NCBI GenBank assembly: GCA_004297215.1
Contig: SCUM01000001.1
Span: 417,181-481,180 of the forward strand
Direction: 5' to 3'
DNA from: Patescibacteria group bacterium
GTDB taxonomy: Bacteria > Patescibacteriota > Patescibacteriia > UBA9934 > GWF2-40-263
Length of the DNA stretch: 64,000 bases
This document shows, in pieces, positions 51,741-59,606 of this stretch (position 1 is the first letter of the stretch; the number at the start of each line of letters is the position of its first letter). The translations under genes and the position numbers were made by a program. The notes beneath the pieces are model-generated. The model did not search any database. It had not been told where the DNA came from and saw only the letters and a list, made by a program, of their open reading frames with translations.

Positions 51741-53792
51741 TTATTCCAAGTGCACCCGATCAAAACTCCTCTTCACTTTCTCCTTCAGCACCGGATGTCC
51801 GGACAATTCCGGGTCTTCCGCAAGCAGCTTCGACGCGGCATCGCGGGCGCGCTTCATGAGCGGGACGTCGGCAAGCGTCGCGAGTTTGAAGTCCGGGAAT
51901 CCTGACTGCGCGTTGCCGAACAAGTTCCCTGCTCCGCGCAGCTGGAGGTCGGTTTCCGCGAGCGCGAACCCGTCGTCGCTCTCCACCATGGCCTGCAGCC
52001 GCTTTTCACCTGGCTTCGTGAGCGCGTCCGGCAGCAAGAAACAATACGATTGTGCCTCGCCCCGGCCCACGCGGCCGCGCAGCTGATGCAGCTGCGCAAG
52101 CCCGAACCGCTCCGCGCCTACGATGACGATGGCCGTAGCGTTTTGCACGTCCACGCCCACTTCGACGACGGTGGTCGCCACCAGCACGTCGATTTCGCCG
52201 GAACGGAACTCCTCGATCGCCTCGGCCTTTTCTGGCGAAGTCATCTTCCCGTGCAGCATCCCGATGCGCAGCCCCTTCAAGTCGCCCTTCGACAACATGG
52301 ATGCCGTCTCTGACACCGACTTCGCCGCGATTTTTTCTGATTCTTCGATAAGCGGGCACACGACGTACGCCTGATGTCCGGTTGCGACCTCTTCGCGCAC
52401 CTTTTCCCAAACGGCTTTTCGCTCCCCCTCCGTGACAAGGAACGTGGCGATCGGCTTCCGTCCCTTCGGTCGGTCGGGGATGACGGACAATTCGAGGTCG
52501 CCGTACAGCGTGAGCGCGAGCGAACGCGGGATCGGGGTGGCGGTCATGGAAAGCAAATGCGGCGCGGGGTCATCTTCGAGCAACGCCCGACGTTGCTCCA
52601 CGCCAAAGCGGTGCTGTTCGTCGATCACCACGAGCCCGAGCTTTGGCAGGTCTACGCCGCCCTGGAACAGCGCATGGGTCCCGATGACGAACCGCACGTC
52701 GCCATTGCGGATCGCCTGGAACAGCTCGTCGCGCGGCACCGGCGCCTCGCGTACCAGGCACTGCGACGCCGTGTAGAGGGCGACGGGCGAGGACGGGAAG
52801 AACCGGCAGAACGCGGCGTGCTGCTGGCTCGCGAGGATTTCCGTCGGGGCGAGGTAGGCGACCCCGAGGCCGGCGTTGAGCGCGCTTGAAGCGGCGATCG
52901 CGGACACGGCGGTCTTGCCGCTCCCCACGTCGCCTTGCAGCAGGCGGTTCATGGGATGCGGGTTCCCCATGTCCTTCACGATCTCCCAGGCCGCGCGGCG
53001 CTGGCCCGGCGTGAGCGCGAACGGAAGCGTGGCGACGAACGACTTCAACCCCGCTTCGTCCACGGGAATCGGATGCGCGTCACGTTTCGCTGCCTGCCGC
53101 CGGATGTCGGCGTACTGGAGCTGGTGCAGGAACAGCTCGTCGAACTTGAGGCGGTCGACCGCCTTCTCGAGCGCCTCTTTGGACTCCGGAAAATGGATGC
53201 CCGCGATTGCCGCCCCCTCGCTGCCGAATCCCTCGTCCGAAAGCAAGCCGAGCGGCAGCCACTCCTCCATCTCCTGCGTGGCCGGAAGCGCGGCCTTGAT
53301 CGCGGTGCGCAAGCGGCGGACGGTGAGCCCGCGCGTGAGCGGGTACACCGGCACGAGCCGCCCCGTATGCGTCCCCTGCCCGGCCGGTTCCCAGACGGGA
53401 TTCACCAACGTCTTCCCGCCGAACTTCGCGTCCATGCGCCCGGCAAGCGACACGCGCGTGCCCGCGCGAAGCGACTTCTCGAGATACGGCTGGTTGAACC
53501 ACATCACCTTGATTTCCCCGCTCTCGTCCGAGATGACCGCTTCGGTGAGCTTCAGTTTGGGATTCTTGTTGGCCGGACGTGTGGCGATCTTCTCGACCGT
53601 GCCCACGACCGTGGCCGTATCGTCATGCCGCAGCTTCGCGATCGGGAGCGTTCGGGAATAGTCGTCGTACCGATACGGGAAATACAGGAGCAGGTCGCGC
53701 ACGGACACGACATCGAGGGTCTTGAGGTCCTTGGCCGTTTCGCTCCCGACCCCCGGCAGGGCGGTGACAGGGGTGCCTAAGTGCAGGGCCAT
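51741..53792 (-). CDS. recG: ATP-dependent DNA helicase RecG
   Basis: Wedge domain, helicase motifs I GDVGSGKT, II DEQHRFG, VI QLRGRVGRG; 683 aa. Confidence 0.9.
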   Translation of the reverse strand: MALHLGTPVTALPGVGSETAKDLKTLDVVSVRDLLLYFPYRYDDYSRTLPIAKLRHDDTATVVGTVEKIATRPANKNPKLKLTEAVISDESGEIKVMWFNQPYLEKSLRAGTRVSLAGRMDAKFGGKTLVNPVWEPAGQGTHTGRLVPVYPLTRGLTVRRLRTAIKAALPATQEMEEWLPLGLLSDEGFGSEGAAIAGIHFPESKEALEKAVDRLKFDELFLHQLQYADIRRQAAKRDAHPIPVDEAGLKSFVATLPFALTPGQRRAAWEIVKDMGNPHPMNRLLQGDVGSGKTAVSAIAASSALNAGLGVAYLAPTEILASQQHAAFCRFFPSSPVALYTASQCLVREAPVPRDELFQAIRNGDVRFVIGTHALFQGGVDLPKLGLVVIDEQHRFGVEQRRALLEDDPAPHLLSMTATPIPRSLALTLYGDLELSVIPDRPKGRKPIATFLVTEGERKAVWEKVREEVATGHQAYVVCPLIEESEKIAAKSVSETASMLSKGDLKGLRIGMLHGKMTSPEKAEAIEEFRSGEIDVLVATTVVEVGVDVQNATAIVIVGAERFGLAQLHQLRGRVGRGEAQSYCFLLPDALTKPGEKRLQAMVESDDGFALAETDLQLRGAGNLFGNAQSGFPDFKLATLADVPLMKRARDAASKLLAEDPELSGHPVLKEKVKRSFDRVHLE

Positions 53793-53854
53793 AATGAAGG
53801 CATCTTAGAACATTGCCAGAAAAACAAAACACCCGTCTTTCGACGGAGGTTTTG

Positions 53855-53931
53855 TGGTGCGCCCGGCACGACTCGAACGTGCGACCCTCAGCTCCGCAAG
53901 CTGATGCTCTATCCAACTGAGCTACGGGCGC
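53855..53931 (-). tRNA. tRNA-Arg, anticodon GCG as encoded (77 nt incl. CCA)
   Basis: Reverse complement GCGCCCGTAGCTCAGTTGGATAGAGCATCAGCTTGCGGAGCTGAGGGTCGCACGTTCGAGTCGTGCCGGGCGCACCA folds as a cloverleaf: 7-bp acceptor, anticodon stem TCAGC/GCTGA, loop TTGCGGA, T-loop TTCGAGT. C35 and A20 fit Arg identity. Confidence 0.6.
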
Positions 53932-53971
53932 TCGCAACCTGCGGTTGCAGCGTATTCTTCATCTCTTCGGT

Positions 53972-54481
53972 TCAAAGCTTATACACCCGCTGCAACACGT
54001 CGGTCAAGGTTTCCTCGGTGCGATCGAGATTCTCCTTGAGAAACGGCAGCAGCGCTTCCCGGACGAGGTTCGGGTCCGTGTCCTCGAGCGGGATGGTGAT
54101 GAGCGGGCGCAAGGACGACTGGAAATCGAGGTACAGGTTTTTCACCTCTGGCGGCTCGTACACGAGCGCGAAGCTCTTCATCACCTTGTACTCGTGGAAG
54201 GTGCCGCCGATGACCACGCCGTTGGTCGTCAGCACGACGCCGATGCGCGCCGGATCGCGGAACGTGGACAACAGGGTGATGATCCCCATCATGATCACGA
54301 TCACCGCGAACAGGAAATTCGCGGTCCAGATGGCGTAGATGATGAGCGCGATGCCAAGGACCGAAGCGATCGCGTACCAACGCGTTGATCTGTGCTGACG
54401 CGGATACTCGTCCACCTCCCAAGAGAGCAGGTACTCCCCGGCGTGGACGGCGTCCTGCGTGTCGTGATCGTGTTCCTCCAT
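53972..54481 (-). CDS. hypothetical membrane protein
   Basis: 169 aa, two central TM helices. Lies between tRNA genes. The overlapping 231-aa alternative frame is rejected. Confidence 0.4.
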   Translation of the reverse strand: MEEHDHDTQDAVHAGEYLLSWEVDEYPRQHRSTRWYAIASVLGIALIIYAIWTANFLFAVIVIMMGIITLLSTFRDPARIGVVLTTNGVVIGGTFHEYKVMKSFALVYEPPEVKNLYLDFQSSLRPLITIPLEDTDPNLVREALLPFLKENLDRTEETLTDVLQRVYKL

Positions 54482-54493
54482 ACGTCGTTTCGA

Positions 54494-54582
54494 TGGCGGA
54501 AAGGGTGGGATTCGAACCCACGAGACCTTGCGGCCTGCTAGTTTTCAAGACTAGTGCCTTAAACCACTCGGCCACCTTTCCA
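54494..54582 (-). tRNA. tRNA-Ser (anticodon TGA), type II
   Basis: GGAAAGGTGGCCGAGTGGTTTAAGGCACTAGTCTTGAAAACTAGCAGGCCGCAAGGTCTCGTGGGTTCGAATCCCACCCTTTCCGCCA: anticodon loop CTTGAAA, long variable arm, encoded CCA. Confidence 0.8.
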
Positions 54583-54761
54583 TTGTTACTCGTTGATCTT
54601 CGATAAAGACACCCTTCGAGGGTCTGAGGACCCCTCAGGGTCTCAAAGACAGGGCATTCGACTCGGCTGGTCAACGACCATGAGCGGTCACCTACCGCTC
54701 AACACTGTCCTTCGATAAAGACTCAGGACATTCGACTACCTTCGTACATGGCACAACGGTA

Positions 54762-54862
<101 letters not shown>

Positions 54863-54920
54863 ACGTGTCATTTCCCAATACTGAAAGGTACTGGAATCCT
54901 AGCCGAAACCTCGAAAACAT

Positions 54921-55547
54921 TCAACCTCTCGCCACCGCGAACCCCCGCACCTCCCTGGCCCCGGCGGCCTTGAGCGCGTGAGCCGCCGCGCCCATCGTGG
55001 CCCCGCTCGTGAACACGTCGTCGCACAGGAGCACGCGAGCGGGCATGGCACCGGCCGCCTCGAAGATCCCGTCCAGGTCCCCGGCCTTGCGGTCCGCGCG
55101 GCCGACCAGGGACCGCGGCCTGGTGTGCACGGAGCGGGACAACAGCGGGACGCATGGCACGCAAAGCGCGCGGGCGGCTTCCTCGGCCACTTCCCTGGCC
55201 TGGTCGAACCCGCGGGAGCGCAGGCGTTTCTCGTGCAGCGGGACCCAGGCGACGGCGTCGACGGGGAGCTCGGACGCCGTCTCGAGCGCGGCACGGACCT
55301 GTTTCATCACCGCCTCGCGTCCCTGCCCGTCCCCGCCGAACTTCCACGCCCCGATGAGCCTCCGCAGCGTCGGATCGACATACGGCCCCGCGCACAGGAG
55401 CCCGTCGAGCGGCGCCTGCTGTGGCACGTCACCGGGGACAGGAGAAAACGTGACCGCCTCGTCACACGTCCGGCAAATCGTCGCCCCTTCCGCTTTGCAC
55501 CGAACGCAAAAACGCGGGAAAAGGGCGTCGATGAGCCAACGAATCAT
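54921..55547 (-). CDS. comF: ComF family protein (competence; phosphoribosyltransferase domain)
   Basis: N-terminal zinc-finger-like CVRCKAEGATICRTC. C-terminal PRTase motif VLLCDDVFTSGATM; 208 aa. Confidence 0.75.
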   Translation of the reverse strand: MIRWLIDALFPRFCVRCKAEGATICRTCDEAVTFSPVPGDVPQQAPLDGLLCAGPYVDPTLRRLIGAWKFGGDGQGREAVMKQVRAALETASELPVDAVAWVPLHEKRLRSRGFDQAREVAEEAARALCVPCVPLLSRSVHTRPRSLVGRADRKAGDLDGIFEAAGAMPARVLLCDDVFTSGATMGAAAHALKAAGAREVRGFAVARG

Positions 55548-55605
55548 ATCAGGGAGATCCTTCGTCGTTGATACGACTCAGGATGACGCTCCCTCTGCGG
55601 GAGCG

Positions 55606-56172
55606 TCATTTCCATGTCGCGGACGCGACCAACCACTTCCCTCCGACCTTCTCCATCGTCACTTCCAGGTCCTGGTATTTCACGCTCAAATCCTGCGGCG
55701 ACCCCTTTGCTTCCTGCCGCTGGGTGCTCACACTGAACCGCATCGTGGTCGCCTGCCCTGAGCTTGTCGAAGGGTCCATCAGGTCGGCCGTGAGCGCGAC
55801 CACGCGCGTGGTGACGCCGTAATATTCCGTCGGAGGCACCCCGGCGTCCGCCAGGGCCTCAAGCTGCGCGCCAAAGGCGGGGGTCGCGAGCGGGATCACG
55901 TCGCGGAGGTTGCCGAACGCGGCCTCGCTCGAGAAGCTCCCGTAGCGCTCGGCGAATACCTTGGCGACCGTCTCCGCGCCGGATTGCGTGACGCGCGCTT
56001 CCTGCGTGGGCGAGAGCGCCGCGGGAGCGGCGGCGGGAACCTCCGGGCTCGGGACGACCACGGGCTGGGCCGGGGGGACCGCCGGGGCGGATCGCAGCAA
56101 CCACCACAGGATGAGGAGGAGGATGGCGACCAGCAAGGCGATAAGGATGAGGAGCTTCCGACGACGGGACAT
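55606..56172 (-). CDS. hypothetical membrane-anchored protein
   Basis: N-terminal TM helix (LLILIALLVAILLLILWWLL), P/A-rich linker, globular C-terminal domain; 188 aa. Confidence 0.45.
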   Translation of the reverse strand: MSRRRKLLILIALLVAILLLILWWLLRSAPAVPPAQPVVVPSPEVPAAAPAALSPTQEARVTQSGAETVAKVFAERYGSFSSEAAFGNLRDVIPLATPAFGAQLEALADAGVPPTEYYGVTTRVVALTADLMDPSTSSGQATTMRFSVSTQRQEAKGSPQDLSVKYQDLEVTMEKVGGKWLVASATWK

Positions 56173-56183
56173 AGGGAAGGCGT

Positions 56184-56210
56184 TAAGGCCTCAGGCGGAC
56201 AAGGCCTCAG
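56184..56210. repeat. GGCGGACAAGGCCTCAG-type repeat at the VirB4 stop codon
   Basis: ttaaggcctcaggcggacaaggcctcag. Confidence 0.75.
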
Positions 56211-58315
56211 CTGATGAGGCTTGATTTGATCTTTTCCAATTCGGCCTTCGCCGTTTCCTCGCTTGAGAGCAGCTTGGCGGCCGCATCCGCTTGGGCCTTG
56301 TCGTTATCGAGCGCCTTCACTTCTTCGTCGATCGCCATGTCGATCTCCCTTTCGGTTTCCGGCTTCCCTGGGGCCTTCCCGCCTGAAGCCTTCTCCTCCT
56401 CCCCCCGCATCTGCGCCTCGAACTCCTTCTTGGCCCGCTCGATCTCGAGGAGCTGCGCCGGATTGGTGGTGACGATCTGGTCCTCGGTGTAGGAAGCGAC
56501 CACCTTGATGGCCGCGTGCTTCTGCCCGGCGAAGAAGATCCCCTCGCCCACGCCGGATTCGAGCAGCAGGTACTTCTCCCCGTCCGTGAGCAGGAAGGTC
56601 TTCTGCACGAGGTCGATGGCGGCCGGCGACTGCTTCAGGAGGAGCTGGAGCGAGGAGTTGTTGACGATCGCCTGGCCGTAGGGCGAACGCAGGAAGTCGT
56701 TCACGTCCTGGGTGATGGTGGTGACCCCGAGGAAGTACTTGCGGCAGCGCTTCACGAGCGCGAACACGAACTTCGCCGAGTCCTCGTACTGCATGAGCCA
56801 CCAGGCCTCGTCGATCACCAGGATGCGCTTCTTGCGCTCGGAACGCACCACGTTCCAGATGTAGTTCACGATGGAGTACACCGCCGTGGGGCGCAGCTCG
56901 TCCTCGAGGTCGCGCACGGAGAAGATCACCAGCTGGTTGCTCATCGTGACCGTGGTAAGCGAGTTGAGGAGCCCGCCGAAGGTGCCGGTGGTGTACTTCA
57001 TGAGGCGCGCCACGAGGTCGGCGGTCCCCTCCATGCCCTCGAGCACGTCCTGCAGGTCCTGCATGGTGGGCGGCTCGATGTTGGACAGGTCCATCAGGTC
57101 CGCGGTGATGTCCTTCTTGGCGTACGTCTCGATGAGCGCGCGGTCAAGCAGCGAATCCTCCTCCGGGGTGAACCCCACCTTGCCCGCCTCATTCCCGATC
57201 GGCTTGCCGATCATGATGCGCAGGAGGCCCTTGAGGGTGATCACGGCGCTCCGGATGATGTCTTCCACGCGCGTCCCCTCGCCCACGGCGCGCGGCAGGT
57301 CGAACGGGTTCACCTTGGCAGGCGAGGCGAGCGACACGCTGATGTAGGTGCCGCCCACCGCGTCGGAGAGATGCTTGTATTCCATCTCCGGGTCGATGAC
57401 GATCACGTCCACCCCCATCATGAGCGAGCGCAGGATCTCGAGCTTGATGGCGTAGCTCTTGCCCGCGCCGGAGGTGGCGAACACGACGGCGTTCGCGTTT
57501 TGCAGGCTGAAACGGTCGAACAGGATGAGGGAGTTGTTGTGGCGGTTGATGCCGTAGAGGATGCCGTTGTCGCTCGTGAGCTCGGAGCTGATGAACGGGA
57601 AGCTCGCCGCGATCGGCGAGGTGTTCATGTTGTAGGTGATCATCAGCTCGTCGTTCCCTAGCGGGATGGTGGAGTTGAACCCCTGCTCGGCCTGGTAGTA
57701 GCCGGCCTTGGAATAGATGAGCTTGCTTCCGAACATCGCCTCGATCTCGGAGCCGGTGCGGTCGAGCTCCTCTTCCTTGGTGGCGTAGATGGTGATGTAG
57801 AAGGCGAATTGGAAGAAATGCTCGGTCCCCTGGGTGAGCGCGTCGCGCAGCGCCTCCACGTCGCGCAGGGCGGTCTCGGCGAGCGGGTCGCGCGGCGCGC
57901 CCTTGTCGGCGTTCCCGATGATGGTGGCCTCGAGCACGCCCACCTTCTTCTGCAACTGCTTCAAGATGACGTTGGCCGGGATCGGATAGAAGTACATCGC
58001 CACGTCGAACGTGCGGTTCATGTTGATGATCGGCGAACTCCACCCAAGGCCGATGTGGCGCGGATAGGTGATGATGAACACCGTGCGCACGTAGAGCCCC
58101 GAGACGCGCAGGTAGGTGGGGGTGACCTCGAAGGAGGCCGGCGAGATGAGGTCGCGCACGGTGACCACGCCCTTGCGGTAGATGCGTTCCTCCTCGAGCG
58201 CGATGCGCTCCGTGGCGACGCGCGCCTGCTCGACGCTCGCCGCTTTCGGCGGCGGCGCGGCCTTCTTCGGCGGCGGCGCGGCGGCTTGTCCGAGTTGTCC
58301 GATGTCGATTGCCAT
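56207..58315 (-). CDS. VirB4/TrbE/CagE-family type IV secretion ATPase (C-terminal ATPase part of a split VirB4)
   Basis: Walker A VFATSGAGKSYAIK, Walker B ILVIDEAWWLM, AAA-like/TraC-F-type signature; 702 aa. Confidence 0.8.
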   Translation of the reverse strand: MAIDIGQLGQAAAPPPKKAAPPPKAASVEQARVATERIALEEERIYRKGVVTVRDLISPASFEVTPTYLRVSGLYVRTVFIITYPRHIGLGWSSPIINMNRTFDVAMYFYPIPANVILKQLQKKVGVLEATIIGNADKGAPRDPLAETALRDVEALRDALTQGTEHFFQFAFYITIYATKEEELDRTGSEIEAMFGSKLIYSKAGYYQAEQGFNSTIPLGNDELMITYNMNTSPIAASFPFISSELTSDNGILYGINRHNNSLILFDRFSLQNANAVVFATSGAGKSYAIKLEILRSLMMGVDVIVIDPEMEYKHLSDAVGGTYISVSLASPAKVNPFDLPRAVGEGTRVEDIIRSAVITLKGLLRIMIGKPIGNEAGKVGFTPEEDSLLDRALIETYAKKDITADLMDLSNIEPPTMQDLQDVLEGMEGTADLVARLMKYTTGTFGGLLNSLTTVTMSNQLVIFSVRDLEDELRPTAVYSIVNYIWNVVRSERKKRILVIDEAWWLMQYEDSAKFVFALVKRCRKYFLGVTTITQDVNDFLRSPYGQAIVNNSSLQLLLKQSPAAIDLVQKTFLLTDGEKYLLLESGVGEGIFFAGQKHAAIKVVASYTEDQIVTTNPAQLLEIERAKKEFEAQMRGEEEKASGGKAPGKPETEREIDMAIDEEVKALDNDKAQADAAAKLLSSEETAKAELEKIKSSLIS

Positions 58316-58317
58316 AA

Positions 58318-59004
58318 TCAGGCCAAATCCTCTGTACGGATCTTCGCCAGGTCGTTCAGCTTTTCCGTGTCGAAGACGTCGGGGTTATAGGCGGTGTAAT
58401 ACAGCTCGATGAGCCCCTGGGTGTCGAGCCGGACGGCCGAGAGCCCCATGCTCGAGAGCGCGCCGCTCGTGACGTCCACGCGGCGGCCGAGCTGCTCCAG
58501 CCGGTCCTTGAGCTGCTTCTGGTTCAAGTTGGCGGCGGCGGCGGGCGAGAACGCCTCGCCCAGGCGCGTGAAGAAGTTCTTGCGCTTGTTGGACACCGGG
58601 TCGTAGGGCACCACCACGTAAAACCGCTTCTGCATGATCTCCCCGAGGGTCACGAGCTCGGTCACGAACGTGCGGTAATCGGCGATCTGCGCCCTGAGCA
58701 GGTCGTTTTCCGTCTTCTTCTGCTGGTCGTTGAGCGACTGGATGTACGCGTCGATGTTCATCTTGCGCGACTGGATCACGATCTGGACGGGATACTCGAG
58801 CGAATTGAGGAAGGTGATGTAGGACTGGATGATGGCCTCCTGCTCCTCCCCGCTCTTCAGCGCGAAATTGATGCTGCTTACGAGCAGCACGGCGCGCACG
58901 GTGCCGTCCTTGAGGAGCACCATGTCGTCGCGGATCTCCGCGACGTCCAGGTACCGCTGGGTCGCGGGGCCGGGCTTGGGTTTGGCGAGCGCCTTGGATT
59001 GCAT
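58318..59004 (-). CDS. VirB4 N-terminal domain-like protein (split from ATPase domain)
   Basis: YLDVAEIRDDMVLLKDGTVRAVLLVSSINFALKSGEEQEAIIQSY resembles the conserved N-terminus of Gram-positive/CPR VirB4 homologs. Ends 2 bp before the ATPase ORF. Confidence 0.55.
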   Translation of the reverse strand: MQSKALAKPKPGPATQRYLDVAEIRDDMVLLKDGTVRAVLLVSSINFALKSGEEQEAIIQSYITFLNSLEYPVQIVIQSRKMNIDAYIQSLNDQQKKTENDLLRAQIADYRTFVTELVTLGEIMQKRFYVVVPYDPVSNKRKNFFTRLGEAFSPAAAANLNQKQLKDRLEQLGRRVDVTSGALSSMGLSAVRLDTQGLIELYYTAYNPDVFDTEKLNDLAKIRTEDLA

Positions 59005-59075
59005 AGCGCGTAGGTGGTAGTGCGTAGTGCGTAGTGCGTAGATTTTCCTACGCACTACGCACTACGTACTACGTA
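58996..59075. repeat. composite 7-mer palindrome (GTAGTGC x n / GCACTAC x n)
   Basis: gtaggtggtagtgcgtagtgcgtagtgcgtag-attttcc-tacgcactacgcactacgtactacgtac. Confidence 0.8.
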
Positions 59076-59509
59076 CTCCCGTTTTCCGGCTTATACACCC
59101 CGCCGGTGTTCACCACGAGCGTGAGCTCCGCGAGCTTGGACGCCGATACCGGCGCCTTGCGCAGGGGCGGGGCCGGCGGCGGCGGCGCCACCGACCTGGT
59201 GAGCGCGCGCAGCTCGCCGTCGTTGAGCGTCTTGTCCCACACGCGCAGCTGGGGCTTGCGGAAGGTCTGGGTGATATTGAGGATGAAATAGTGGAACGGC
59301 TGGCCGTTGACCCGCGCGAAGGCGAGCACCACGCCCATGGCGAACAACGGGATCGCGGTCATCAGGAAGTAGACGAACGGCAGGGCCTTGTACAGGATCG
59401 CGTCCGTCATCAGCACCACGAGCATGATCACGAACTGCCGTCCGGTGACGGGCCCGAGGATCTTGTCTTCCGCATCGATGAATTGTGGGACGACGAATTG
59501 TTCCGGCAT
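59069..59509 (-). CDS. PrgI/VirB3-like small membrane protein
   Basis: 146 aa. FIDAEDKILGPVTGRQFVIMLVVLM plus a second TM helix is the PrgI-family pattern seen beside VirB4 in Gram-positive-type T4SS. Confidence 0.5.
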   Translation of the reverse strand: MPEQFVVPQFIDAEDKILGPVTGRQFVIMLVVLMTDAILYKALPFVYFLMTAIPLFAMGVVLAFARVNGQPFHYFILNITQTFRKPQLRVWDKTLNDGELRALTRSVAPPPPAPPLRKAPVSASKLAELTLVVNTGGVYKPENGST

Positions 59510-59511
59510 GG

Positions 59512-59606
59512 AATTCGTTACGAACCTACGAACGGCTACGAACCAACGAACGTCACATCCCCTTTTCGTAGTTTCGTAGCCGTTCGTTGGTTCGTAGCAT
59601 ATCTTA
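59512..59606. repeat. composite 7-mer palindrome (TACGAAC x n / GTTCGTA x n)
   Basis: cgttacgaacctacgaacggctacgaaccaacgaacg-tcacatcccctttt-cgtagtttcgtagccgttcgttggttcgtagc. Confidence 0.8.

Noticed and set aside
53979-54674. 231-aa ORF overlapping tRNA-Ser(TGA)
   Set aside because: It runs through a clean type-II tRNA gene. The alternative 169-aa frame (53972-54481) stops before the tRNA and has TM helices.
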